From an uncultured Acidobacteriota bacterium (GTDB lineage: Bacteria; Acidobacteriota; Terriglobia; UBA7540): a stretch of DNA of 64,000 nucleotides. Shown one piece after another: positions 1-8,833 of this stretch. The translations under genes and the position numbers were made by a program. Under the pieces are notes generated by a model. The model made no database searches. It saw only the letters and a list, made by a program, of their open reading frames with translations, and had not been told where the DNA came from. The DNA is taken from assembly GCA_963842495.1 (NCBI GenBank), contig CAWJHY010000068.1:50179-114178 (forward strand). Reading direction: 5' to 3'. How positions within the stretch are numbered: position 1 is the first letter of the stretch; each line of letters begins with the position of its first letter.

Positions 1-19
1 TCCGGAGATCACAAATCTC

Positions 20-1027
20 TTAGCAATTCTTTTCGTCTTTTCGCTTTTCACCAATGCCCTTCACCATTCTGCCTGCTTGGCGCCCCACCACCCCTGACCC
101 CTCCTCGGAGAGGAGGGGAGAAAGGAGGGGGTAGGAGGTGGTTGAATCTCGTCGGCCAGCCACGGCCAACCGTACTACCGAGTGACTCCTGACTTCTGAC
201 TCCTGCCTTCTGAGGACTTCCGCCAGCCTCGCCGGGTAGTTGGTGATGATACCGTCAACACCCTCAGTGATCTTCCGTTCCATTCGGGCCGGCTGGTCGA
301 CGGTCCAAGGAAAAACCGGAATCGAATGCTTGTGCGCGCGGCGGATAAATCCTCGCGACGCAATCGCCCAGTGGGGAAGGACGGCATTGCCTGCCAGAGA
401 CCTCACCCGGCGGATGGCGAGAAGAGCCCGGGAAACGTCCAACCCCAGGAAGATAGGCCGGTTAAGCTGTTGGACCCGACGCAGGCTCGCGAAGTCAAAC
501 GAAACTATGGTCACCAGCCTGCCGACTCGTTGTTGTTCGATTTCGTCCACCACCTTGGCCTCGATGCCAGGATAAGCTTTCTTGCCCCGCTTGATCTCGA
601 TAAAGGCAAGCGCCTGGCGAGCTTGAACCCACGCCAGCACCTCGGAAAGCAGCGGGATCTTGGCGCCTACGTAGGCTCGTCGCGCTTTTTGCGGAAAGCG
701 CCGGTTGAACCACGAGCCGGCGTCCAGTTTGCGAAGCGCACTCGCCCGATGCTCGCCGACCCAGCCGCTGCCCGAGGTGGTGCGGTTCAGGCGCGGGTCG
801 TGAATGACCACCGGAATGCCGTCGGAAGAAAGGTGGACGTCGAACTCGATTCCTCTTGCGCCCTGCCTCAACGCCAGATCGAAAGCCGCCAGAGTATTCT
901 CCGGGGCTTCACCGCTCGCCCCGCGGTGAGCGACATTCAGCGGCGGCCAGATCAGTCGCCGCCCGGCCTCACCCTCAGCCGCGCTCCGAGCGTGCGTGAG
1001 CATATTAGAGAATGTCATACCGAACAA
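20..1027 (-). CDS. Glycerophosphodiester phosphodiesterase (GDPD family)
   Basis: 335-aa ORF. NVAHRGASGEAPENTLAAF and IEFDVHLSSDGIPVVIHD match GDPD catalytic motifs. The last ~60 codons read through a CT/GA palindromic repeat (85-118), so the C-terminus is uncertain. The start may be a downstream Met, because the listed start overlaps the ispF 3' end. Confidence 0.85.
   Translation of the reverse strand: MFGMTFSNMLTHARSAAEGEAGRRLIWPPLNVAHRGASGEAPENTLAAFDLALRQGARGIEFDVHLSSDGIPVVIHDPRLNRTTSGSGWVGEHRASALRKLDAGSWFNRRFPQKARRAYVGAKIPLLSEVLAWVQARQALAFIEIKRGKKAYPGIEAKVVDEIEQQRVGRLVTIVSFDFASLRRVQQLNRPIFLGLDVSRALLAIRRVRSLAGNAVLPHWAIASRGFIRRAHKHSIPVFPWTVDQPARMERKITEGVDGIITNYPARLAEVLRRQESEVRSHSVVRLAVAGRRDSTTSYPLLSPLLSEEGSGVVGRQAGRMVKGIGEKRKDEKNC
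85..118. repeat. CT/GA palindromic repeat (core cccctcctc-gga-gaggagggg with ccaccacccctga flank)
   Basis: Perfect 9-bp stem read directly from the sequence. A related copy in opposite orientation lies at 27868-27906. Confidence 0.7.
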
Positions 1028-1532
1028 CCAACGCCACCGCGTCAGCCCGCACGGCTTCGCCCCGTCCCACCGCGTCTACGCCCTCGCCGGTCTTGGCTTT
1101 CACGCTGACTTGGCCGGTGTTCAGCCCCAGGGCCTCAGCCAGTTTCTCTTGCATGCGGGGGATATGAGCGGAGAGTTTGGGACGTTCGAGGCCAACGGTT
1201 GCGTCAATGTTCACAATCGCGTAACCGGCCTTTCGCAAGAGATCGCGAACCTGGCGGAGGAAAACGAGGCTGGAAACGCCACGCCATGTGGGGGAAGTGT
1301 TGGGAAAGTGCCGGCCAATATCGCCCAGGGCGGCAGCGCCTAGCAGCGCATCGCAAATCGCATGCGCCAGCGCGTCGCCGTCCGAGTGGCCCGCCGGACC
1401 TTTCGCGAAGGGAACATGTACGCCACCCAGAACGAGCTTGCGGCCCGCGATGAGCCGGTGCAAGTCATTCCCCAGGCCAGTGCGAAGAGGACATACCACT
1501 CGCTGCTTCCCTGCCTGCTTTGAGGTTTTCAT
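1005..1532 (-). CDS. ispF: 2-C-methyl-D-erythritol 2,4-cyclodiphosphate synthase
   Basis: 175-aa ORF with GNDLHRL, GHSDGDALAHA and ALGDIG motifs. It has a 4-nt overlap with the upstream ispD. Confidence 0.95.
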   Translation of the reverse strand: MKTSKQAGKQRVVCPLRTGLGNDLHRLIAGRKLVLGGVHVPFAKGPAGHSDGDALAHAICDALLGAAALGDIGRHFPNTSPTWRGVSSLVFLRQVRDLLRKAGYAIVNIDATVGLERPKLSAHIPRMQEKLAEALGLNTGQVSVKAKTGEGVDAVGRGEAVRADAVALVVRYDIL

Positions 1533-2233
1533 CCTGCGGCTTCCTGCCGGTCGCGTTCTTGCGCGAGGTAAAGGCGGGCAAGGGGTAAGTCCGAGGGTTT
1601 AGTGATTTTGATGTTGCGGTCCGAGCCCATGATCACGGTCACGTTGTAGCCCAGCCGTTCTGCAAGGCTCGAGTCATCGGTCCCGTGAAACCCGTCTGCC
1701 GCAGCACGGGCGTAAGCCTCACGGATTATCGCATAGCGGAAAGCCTGAGGGGTTTGCGCCAGCACGATCCGTTCCCGAGGGATGGACCCCAGGATCATGT
1801 GGCGCTGCACTTGCTTCACCGTATCCACGCTGGGAATGCCCAGGATAGCCGCGCCCTCCTGCCGTGCGGCGGCGATCACGCGCGGGATCATCTCGAGCTC
1901 GATGAAGGGCCGCACGGCGTCATGGACCAGCACCAGTTCCGTATCCGCGGGAACCTGCTCCAGGCAGCGCGCCACGGTCTCTTGCCGCGACGGTCCGCCT
2001 TCCACCAGGCGCACGGGCCTGGCCAGGCACTCGCGCTCGATTTCGTTTTGGGCGCGCTCGGTATCTTCCGCCCGCAGGCCGAGTAAAATCTCGTCAACCG
2101 CTTCGCAGGCGACGAATTTCCGCAGCGTGTGAACGAAGATCGGAATGCCCTCGAGCGACAGGAATTGCTTGGGTGTGGGGGTCCCCATTCGTAGCCCCCA
2201 CCCCGCAGCGGGAATGATGGCGACAACGCTCAT
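1529..2233 (-). CDS. ispD: 2-C-methyl-D-erythritol 4-phosphate cytidylyltransferase
   Basis: 234-aa ORF with N-terminal AIIPAAGWGLRMG...PKQFL motif. Adjacent to and coupled with ispF. Confidence 0.95.
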   Translation of the reverse strand: MSVVAIIPAAGWGLRMGTPTPKQFLSLEGIPIFVHTLRKFVACEAVDEILLGLRAEDTERAQNEIERECLARPVRLVEGGPSRQETVARCLEQVPADTELVLVHDAVRPFIELEMIPRVIAAARQEGAAILGIPSVDTVKQVQRHMILGSIPRERIVLAQTPQAFRYAIIREAYARAAADGFHGTDDSSLAERLGYNVTVIMGSDRNIKITKPSDLPLARLYLAQERDRQEAAG

Positions 2234-2268
2234 GACGGATCCCAGGTGTCAGATGTCGAGTTCAGAGT

Positions 2269-3291
2269 CTATTGATGAACCGGCTCCACGGCCACCGGTT
2301 TTCGATCTTCGAACTTTCCAAAAATCATCTTGCCCGCGGTGGTTTGCAGCACGCTGGTCACGGCGATATCAATGGTCTTGGAAATCATCCGCTTGGCGTT
2401 ATCCACCACCACCATCGTGCCGTCGTCAAGGTAGGCGACTCCCTGGTTATACTCCTTCCCTTCCTTGAGGATGAACACCCGCATCGCCTCCCCAGGGAGC
2501 ACGACAGGCTTCAAAGCATTGGCCAGTTCGTTAATATTCAGCACCGGCACGCCCTGAAGTTGGGACACCTTGTTCAGGTTGAAGTCGTTGGTAACGATTT
2601 TCGCCTCATACTGCTTGGCCAGCTCGATGAGTTTCATATCCACTTCCCGCATCTGCGGGTAGTCTTCCTCGACAATCTGAACTACGATAGTTCCCATCTT
2701 CTGCATACGTTGCAGAATGTCCAGACCTCGCCGGCCGCGATTGCGCTTCAGTTGGTCGGAAGAGTCAGCCACCAATTGCAGCTCCCGGAGGACGAACTGC
2801 GGGACGATCATTGTCCCGTCAATAAACCCTGTTTCGCAGACGTCGGCCACGCGGCCGTCGATGATGACACTTGTATCCAGTACCTTGAAGTTCCTCCTCG
2901 GTTTCGGCTCGGTGCTGAACAGGCCACCCAGGGCGGAAAGGTTCAGCAGATCACCCTTGTTGGCGCCCAGTACCAATCCGACGTAGGCCATGAGCAGTAG
3001 TAAAGTCACCTCGAGAAAGGAAAGGTTGACTTTCTCGAGTGACGTTACGCTCAACATGTAGCTGATCATGAGCGCCCCGAGAATTCCGAAGATCGATCCC
3101 GCCGCGGCTCCGATCAGGCGTTTGAGGCTGGCCTTCTCCAACCGCATCTCAAAGAAGATGAAAAACAATCCCAGGCAGGCACCCAAGAGAGCGGCAAGAG
3201 GCCTGGACAGGCCGAATGGATGCAGTTGGAATGACGCCACGATGATGATGAATACGAAGATTGTACGAATTCCCGCCATTTCCCAGGTCAT
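2269..3291 (-). CDS. Membrane-anchored PIN/TRAM domain protein (YacL-like)
   Basis: 340-aa ORF. Four N-terminal hydrophobic helices, a PIN-like core ([12 protein letters not shown]) and a C-terminal TRAM-like segment ([26 protein letters not shown]). Confidence 0.85.
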   Translation of the reverse strand: MTWEMAGIRTIFVFIIIVASFQLHPFGLSRPLAALLGACLGLFFIFFEMRLEKASLKRLIGAAAGSIFGILGALMISYMLSVTSLEKVNLSFLEVTLLLLMAYVGLVLGANKGDLLNLSALGGLFSTEPKPRRNFKVLDTSVIIDGRVADVCETGFIDGTMIVPQFVLRELQLVADSSDQLKRNRGRRGLDILQRMQKMGTIVVQIVEEDYPQMREVDMKLIELAKQYEAKIVTNDFNLNKVSQLQGVPVLNINELANALKPVVLPGEAMRVFILKEGKEYNQGVAYLDDGTMVVVDNAKRMISKTIDIAVTSVLQTTAGKMIFGKFEDRKPVAVEPVHQ

Positions 3292-3417
3292 TTACTTTGA
3301 CTCCCTTTCGGGACCCAATAAACACTATGTAAATAAGAACTTTGGCTCCCATAAGTCCACACAATCCCACTTAGTATATCATTGTACGCTATTCCGGCCA
3401 AAACCGTTTTCAACAAC

Positions 3418-4779
3418 TTAACGACTCTGGCGCGACTTAATGACGATGGGTGTCCCCAGGAACCCGAATCGCTCGCGAATGCGATTCTCCAGGAACCTTT
3501 CAAACGAGAAGTGGAATTTCCCCGGGCGGTTGGTAAAGGCTACAAAGACAGGCGGGGCGACGCCGCCTTGGGTCAGATAATAGATTCGCGTGGGTCTTCC
3601 GGCCGGAGTGGGAGCCCGCTCCAAGTCCAGCTCTTTCAGGAATTGGTTCATTTCCGACGTAGGCACTCGCAGCTTGCGCGCTTCTGCAACTTGGGCAATC
3701 GTCTTGAGCAGATTACCCAGCCTCTGGCCATGCAGGGCGGAAATGAAGAGGAGGGGCGCGTAATCAAGGAACTTCATCCGCCGCCTTATCGCCCGAACAT
3801 AATCGTTCATGGTCCCCTTTTTAACCAAGTCCCACTTATTGACCACGATGATGACCGAGCGCCGGCTTTCGTGCGCGTACCCCCCGATGTGCGCGTCGAG
3901 GGCTGTAAAGCCCTCCGGTCCGTCGAGCATGAGTAGCGCCACATCAGAGCGCTCCAAGTGCTTACGTGCCTGAATCACGCTCAGCTTCTCTGCCAGCAAA
4001 TTGGTTTTGCCTTTGCGACGGATCCCAGCCGTGTCGATTAGCCGGAAGCGCCGACCATCGCGCTCGAATTCCGCGTCCACGGCGTCCCGCGTGGTGCCGG
4101 GCAGCGGCGAAACGATCGAGCGCTCCTGCTCGAGAAAGCTGTTCAGGAGTGTGGACTTACCCACGTTGGGCCGCCCGATGATGCCCACATTGATGGGTCG
4201 GTCGCCATGCGGCGCCGGGGGCGCCGCAGTCGTCCCGCCGGCCGGTTCGGAGGGCGGGTTGTCAACTCCCTCCTGGGAGGCTGGAAAGCCCTTGGTGACG
4301 TGTTCGAGGAGATCGTCGACGCCCAGCCCATGTTCGGCAGAAAGGGGGAAGATGTCGGGAACCCCCAGGCGGTGGAATTCCCCCGCCAAGGGCGAATGCT
4401 GGGCCATGTCGACCTTATTCACGGCCAGGGCGAGCGGCTTCCCAGAGCGGCGCAACAGATGCACCAGTTCCTCGTCAAGCGGCACGATTCCCTGCCGGGC
4501 GTCCACCACCAGGATGAGCTGGGAGGCTTCTTCAATGGCCACCTGAGCCTGGCGCAGAATCTCAGTGGCAATGAGGTCCTTTTCGAAGGGGATCATTCCC
4601 CCTGTATCGACCACCTCGAACGGCTTTCCCATCCACTCAGCAGGAGCGTAGAGCCGGTCGCGCGTCATGCCCGGCTCGTCTCCCACCAGCGCCCGCCGGT
4701 GACCGCAAATGCGATTGAACAACGTGGATTTGCCCACATTGGGCCGCCCGATGATCGCCACCCGAGGGAGTTGAGGCAC
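3418..4779 (-). CDS. der: Ribosome-associated GTPase Der/EngA
   Basis: 453-aa ORF with two GTPase domains, each with a GRPNVGKST G1 motif, plus a KH-like C-terminus. Confidence 0.95.
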   Translation of the reverse strand: MPQLPRVAIIGRPNVGKSTLFNRICGHRRALVGDEPGMTRDRLYAPAEWMGKPFEVVDTGGMIPFEKDLIATEILRQAQVAIEEASQLILVVDARQGIVPLDEELVHLLRRSGKPLALAVNKVDMAQHSPLAGEFHRLGVPDIFPLSAEHGLGVDDLLEHVTKGFPASQEGVDNPPSEPAGGTTAAPPAPHGDRPINVGIIGRPNVGKSTLLNSFLEQERSIVSPLPGTTRDAVDAEFERDGRRFRLIDTAGIRRKGKTNLLAEKLSVIQARKHLERSDVALLMLDGPEGFTALDAHIGGYAHESRRSVIIVVNKWDLVKKGTMNDYVRAIRRRMKFLDYAPLLFISALHGQRLGNLLKTIAQVAEARKLRVPTSEMNQFLKELDLERAPTPAGRPTRIYYLTQGGVAPPVFVAFTNRPGKFHFSFERFLENRIRERFGFLGTPIVIKSRQSR

Positions 4780-4983
4780 GAGAAAAGTCCAAAGCCGGAA
4801 GTCTGAATTCTAAAGAGTAAAGTCTACCACATTGACCCCCAACTAAACCGTGACCCGTCCCCAGCCCCCTCTGACACCACCCCCGAAGGAGCGACCCAAC
4901 GAAGCACAGGCCAACAGCCTGAACGTAGCTGATTGTGAAATTTGCCCTGTATCACGCGCTCCGGGCGAGCACAACTCCGCCGC

Positions 4984-6378
4984 TCAGTATTCGCGGGTGG
5001 TCACGATGCCCGGTTGCGGCACAGGATATCTCCCGTGGGGATCGGCAATCAAGGGGGCTGCGGAATCCATGGTGAACTTGTCCACGTCCGGCGCCATTTC
5101 ATGATCGCATTGCAGCATTTCGTCCAAGGTGATTTCCCGGCCGGTGTGAGCGGCCATGCGCCCCAGATTGGACACAAGACTAGCCTCGACCCCCCGTTTC
5201 GTCTCGTTGTAGGGCTTATCATCTCGAACCGCGTCCACCAAGTCATTCCATTCGTTTTGATAAGGGTCGAGTTCGTCCGCTTTCACCTGGGATTCCCAGA
5301 TCATGTCAGCGGCCGTCATGGGAGTCCGATAAAGGCTCGAGGGCTGCCCGCAGTCACCGCGCTTGGAAGCGACCGCCATCCCTTTCGAGCCGTGCAGGTA
5401 GCTCGCATAGATTTCCTCGCAGCCCGCGATGGTGCGCCCGTCGAAGAAAAACTTCGTGCCGTCGGAATACGTGTATTCCACAGAATACGTATCGAAGTTT
5501 TGGTCCACGTAAGCGATTCCCTCGGGGCTCAGCTTATAGTGGCGGCCGCCCAGGGCCTGGGCCTTCACCGGCCACTCGTTTTTCATCCATCCCAGGTGGT
5601 CGATGATGTGGATATAGAAGTCGTTGAAGCAGCCGCCGCTGGCCCAGATGAAGCTGTGGAAGCGCTGCACCTGGTAGAGTAGATCGGTGATCCCGGCAGG
5701 TTTGGGAAGCGAGGAGAAATATCCGCCCGGCCCGTGCATCCGGTAGCCGCGCTCGAGAATGATCTGGCCGATCGCGCCATCATGAACGCGATTGGCCAGT
5801 TCCTGGAGCGAGCGGCTGTGCCGCGACATCAATCCCACGCCCACCTTGAGATTCTTGGCCGAGGAATCCTGGGCAAGCTTGAACATGCGCCGGCTGGTGG
5901 GGCCATCCACGGTGACCGGCTTCTCCATGAAGACGTTGATGTTCTTCTCGATGGCGTAGGTGAAATGCACCCAGCGGAAGGCGGGGGGCGTGGCAAAGAT
6001 GGCGATATCTCCCGGCTTCAAACAGTCCATTGCCTTCTTGTAGGCGTCAAAGCCGATGAATTGGCGGTCCCGCGGTACATCCATCTGGCTCGCGAACTTC
6101 TGGTTCAATCTACTGAAGGTCTTATCGAGGCGCTCCGGGAAGATGTCCGCCATGGCCGTAAGCTTCGTCGGACCGCGCTTTACAGAGAGCGCGTTCATCG
6201 CCGCGCCGCCCCCTCGCCCGCCGCAGCCGATCAGGGCTACCTGGATCAGGTCGCTGCCGGCAGCGTGGACTTTGGGTATGGCCACGTTGGCCAAAGCTGA
6301 AACGGCAGCTAGTTTGCCGGTGGTTGCAATGAATTTACGACGGCTACTCAAAGCTTGTTTGGGAAGGTCCATGGCCAT
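4984..6378 (-). CDS. Gfo/Idh/MocA family oxidoreductase with twin-arginine signal
   Basis: I place the start at ATG 6378, with GGAGG 7 nt upstream. Tat-like SRRKFIATTGKLAAVSALA and a Rossmann motif IGCGGRGG. The track ORF extends to 6444. Confidence 0.85.
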   Translation of the reverse strand: MAMDLPKQALSSRRKFIATTGKLAAVSALANVAIPKVHAAGSDLIQVALIGCGGRGGGAAMNALSVKRGPTKLTAMADIFPERLDKTFSRLNQKFASQMDVPRDRQFIGFDAYKKAMDCLKPGDIAIFATPPAFRWVHFTYAIEKNINVFMEKPVTVDGPTSRRMFKLAQDSSAKNLKVGVGLMSRHSRSLQELANRVHDGAIGQIILERGYRMHGPGGYFSSLPKPAGITDLLYQVQRFHSFIWASGGCFNDFYIHIIDHLGWMKNEWPVKAQALGGRHYKLSPEGIAYVDQNFDTYSVEYTYSDGTKFFFDGRTIAGCEEIYASYLHGSKGMAVASKRGDCGQPSSLYRTPMTAADMIWESQVKADELDPYQNEWNDLVDAVRDDKPYNETKRGVEASLVSNLGRMAAHTGREITLDEMLQCDHEMAPDVDKFTMDSAAPLIADPHGRYPVPQPGIVTTREY

Positions 6379-6551
6379 GCAATACCTCCGAAGGGTGTAT
6401 TCGCCTTGTCGCCGGCTTGAAGCAGGCCGGGCGGCGCGAAACACATTCTAGCGCGAGAAGCCTCTTCGTCAAGGATTAAAGTGCCCCCAGCCATTTAACG
6501 GGCAATGTCGCTGCCAACGCGTGCGCCAAACGCTCGTCAGCGGTTGCCGGA

Positions 6552-6597
6552 GCCCCGTAAGGGGCGAAATAATTTAGCCCAGGGCGCAAGCCCTGGG
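6552..6597. repeat. REP-like unit, family A (partial): gccccNNNNggggcgaaataa...cccagggNNNNccctggg
   Basis: Two adjacent hairpins. Same organisation as the units at 7825-7920 and 8394-8530. Embedded in a cluster of further GC hairpins (6600-6740). Confidence 0.7.
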
Positions 6598-6916
6598 AAA
6601 AACCACCTCCACCCCCTTTTGTTCCCCCTCCCCCTCCCGGCGGGGGAGGGGGGAGGGAAGGGGGCTTTGCAGTAGGCCCACGGCTTGCGCCGTGGGCTAC
6701 TCGCTGCCGCCCGTGGGCCGACGGGCTGAATTCTTCAACGAATTTCTGACCTGGGCCACTAGCCGACTTCTTGTCACTTTCATGGCCTCGCTTTAGCGCT
6801 CGCAATTCCTGCCGTCGTTTTCGCAAAACGTGACGATTTTTGCTCCTTTTGGGGTCAGATTCTTGTTAATTTGTGCACAAAACGCGCATCATTTGCAGCC
6901 TTCAAAAAAGTGATGT

Positions 6917-6993
6917 CCTTTGTTTTCAAGTACTCCTTAGCTTCGTTTCCACTATTTTTGTATTTTCCCGCGGTCCCTCGCGTTTCCCCCAGT
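6917..6993 (+). repeat. T-rich ~76-nt repeat, copy 1 (contains 30-nt module CTTTGTTTTCA-N11-GCTTCGTT at 6918-6947)
   Basis: Aligns by eye with 7147-7222. The module also recurs, reverse-complemented, at 40376-40405, 40534-40563 and 40585-40614. Confidence 0.7.
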
Positions 6994-7107
6994 CGGGCAG
7001 TTTCGGCCCCTGCCGCATCCCCCACGATCCAGTCCCCTGCCCCAACGCGTGCGATGTCGAAAAGCTCGAATTTTGGCTCGATTTCACGCATTTGAGCACT
7101 CAATTGG

Positions 7108-7140
7108 GGTTCGTTTTGAGTTCGTTTTGAGTTCGTTTTC
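7108..7140 (+). repeat. Tandem 11-mer (gttcgttttga x3)
   Basis: Read directly: ggttcgttttgagttcgttttgagttcgttttc. Confidence 0.8.
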
Positions 7141-7146
7141 GAAATG

Positions 7147-7222
7147 CCTCGTTTGTTTTCAATAACATACTGGCTTCGTTCGTATCATTTTTTGTTTTTT
7201 TCGGACCCCGGTTTTCCCCAGT
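7147..7222 (+). repeat. T-rich ~76-nt repeat, copy 2 (module GTTTGTTTTCA-N11-GCTTCGTT at 7151-7180)
   Basis: Diverged direct copy of 6917-6993, 230 bp downstream. Confidence 0.7.
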
Positions 7223-7391
7223 GCCGCGGCTATTGCGCTTTTCCCCGCGGTCCGCAGCCTGGCCACGACAATGTGTCCATAAAATGACCACGATTATAGG
7301 CTACCATGTGCCCTTGGGTTTGTCAAGTGAAAAATGCGTTGTGTCCTAATTGGAAGGATCCCGTAGGGAGATGTCACTCCGAGCGGCTATT

Positions 7392-7419
7392 GTAGGGGCA
7401 CGCCATGGCGTGCCCCTAC
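7392..7419. repeat. Perfect palindrome gtaggggcacgcc-at-ggcgtgcccctac
   Basis: 13-bp arms read directly. Same gtagggg...cccctac family as 30011-30040 and (imperfect) 42944-42972. Confidence 0.8.
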
Positions 7420-7824
7420 GTGAGGATGACGAGGGGACTTGCATCCGCCCAGGTGGGCCAACGGCCCATGATAACTGCCGCGAGGCCAATTGTGCGCTCT
7501 CGACGATGCGTCCAGGTGAGCCCTCAGATTGTGCCCGAGTAGCCATCCGCGCGGAACCACCTGGCGCCACGTCCGCGTGTACGCCGTCAACTTGACCGCG
7601 TCTGTCCGACTTTCGAGCGGCGCGTGATCCGCTCGAAATGTGCTGGTCAGCCCGTAGCGCAGACCGCCGGGTTTGCGGTGTGGGGATCTTCGTGGACGAG
7701 GGCGACTCGATATTACGACGTGGCACCTGCCAGGGAAAAGACCCGGACCACAGAAGCGGTGGTCCGCGCCACTTGCTGGCCGCCGAGAAACCTGCCAATA
7801 TTTAAGCCCCAGAGGGCTGTTGAT

Positions 7825-7920
7825 TTAGCCCCAACGGGGCGAAATAACGAAGCCCAGGCCGACGGCCTGGGTTTAGATAATCCCCCGATCTTGCCGCCAG
7901 CCCTGAAGGGGCGAGATAGG
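7825..7920 (+). repeat. REP-like unit, family A (forward)
   Basis: Sequence ttagccccaacggggcgaaataacgaagcccaggccgacggcctgggtttagat...cagccctgaaggggcgagata, ending 10 nt before the RAYT-like gene start. Confidence 0.8.
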
Positions 7921-7929
7921 TGTTCCCCC

Positions 7930-8382
7930 ATGCCGCAATCGCTTTCGCAACTCTACGTTCACCTGATCTTCAGCACCAAACATCGCGAGCCGATGTTATT
8001 GTCGCCCCTGCGAGAAGACCTCCACGCCTACCTGGCGGCGGTTCTCAATAACCAGGACTCCCCGACGCTGAAAGTCGGAGGCATGAGCGACCACGTTCAT
8101 GCGCTGTTTCGATTGTCGAAGAACGTCGCGCTGGCAAAAATGGTGGAGGAAGTGAAGACCAGTTCCTCGAAATGGGTCAAGACGCAAGGGCGCGGCTTGG
8201 CCAACTTCCATTGGCAGAGCGGCTACGGCGCGTTTTCGGTGAGCGCGGCGGATGTGGAAGAGGTCGTGGAGTACATCGCGCAACAAGAAAGCCACCACCG
8301 CGTGGTCAGCTTTCAAGAGGAATTCCGGAAGCTCCTGGACGCGCACGGCATTGCCTACGACGAGCGGTACGTGTGGGATTGA
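7930..8382 (+). CDS. IS200/IS605-type Y1 (HUH) transposase, REP-associated (RAYT-like)
   Basis: 150 aa from ATG 7930 (MPQSLSQLYVHLIFSTKHREP). HUH motif in SDHVHALF, then WQSGYGAFSV and ESHHR. Flanked on both sides by family A REP units. The track ORF (7624-8382) has a spurious 5' extension through the REP. Confidence 0.85.
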   Translation: MPQSLSQLYVHLIFSTKHREPMLLSPLREDLHAYLAAVLNNQDSPTLKVGGMSDHVHALFRLSKNVALAKMVEEVKTSSSKWVKTQGRGLANFHWQSGYGAFSVSAADVEEVVEYIAQQESHHRVVSFQEEFRKLLDAHGIAYDERYVWD

Positions 8383-8393
8383 AAAGGATTGTT

Positions 8394-8530
8394 CCGCCCC
8401 TTCAGGGCTCGGGTATCGGTTTGGGTGCGGTTGGCTTAGCCCCAAAGGGGCGAAATAACAAAGCCCAGGCCAACGGCCTGGGTTTAGATTACCCCGCAAT
8501 TTTCACCCCCAGCCCTGAAAGGGCGAGATA
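8394..8530 (+). repeat. REP-like unit, family A (box ccgccccttcagggctcgggt plus forward unit)
   Basis: The box is the inverted partner of cagccctgaaggggcg at 7900-7915. It is followed by ttagccccaaaggggcgaaataacaaagcccaggccaacggcctgggtttagat. Confidence 0.8.
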
Positions 8531-8541
8531 CGTATTTCCCC

Positions 8542-8676
8542 ATGCCGCAATCTCATTCCCCACTCTACGTAACGCAACAAGAAACCCACCAGCGCGTGGT
8601 CAGCTTTCAAGAGGAATTCCGGAAGCTGCTGGACGCGCACGGAATCGCCTACGACGAGCGGTACGTGTGGGATTGA
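8542..8676 (+). pseudogene. Internally deleted in-frame mini-copy of the RAYT-like gene (44 codons)
   Basis: Hand translation: MPQSHSPLYV|TQQETHQRVVSFQEEFRKLLDAHGIAYDERYVWD*. It matches the first ~10 and last ~33 residues of the 150-aa protein. The HUH core is missing. Confidence 0.6.
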
Positions 8677-8687
8677 AAAGGATTGTT

Positions 8688-8774
8688 CCGCCCCTTCAGG
8701 GCTCGGGTGTCGGTTGGGGTCCCGTTGACCCAGGCCGTTGGCCTGGGCTTCGTTATTTCGCCCCTTTGGGGCTC
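8688..8774 (-). repeat. REP-like unit, family A (box plus reverse unit); left boundary of the low-GC island
   Basis: Sequence ccgccccttcagggctcgggt-N-ccgttgacccaggccgttggcctgggcttcgttatttcgcccctttggggctc. Near-identical organisation and orientation to 13138-13221. Confidence 0.8.
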
Positions 8775-8833
8775 GCCTGCCCACACCTCGAGACGCACCC
8801 TTTCCGGCTCTTGGAGCCTGGCCGCGCAGTCCG

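Noticed and set aside
6855-7798. ORFs 6855-7103, 7100-7291 and 7346-7798 on the minus strand in the gene-free interval.
   Set aside because: Their peptides (NEAKEYLKTKD..., NEASMLLKTNE...) are translations of the repeated 30-nt module. They show no start or RBS context and no family resemblance.
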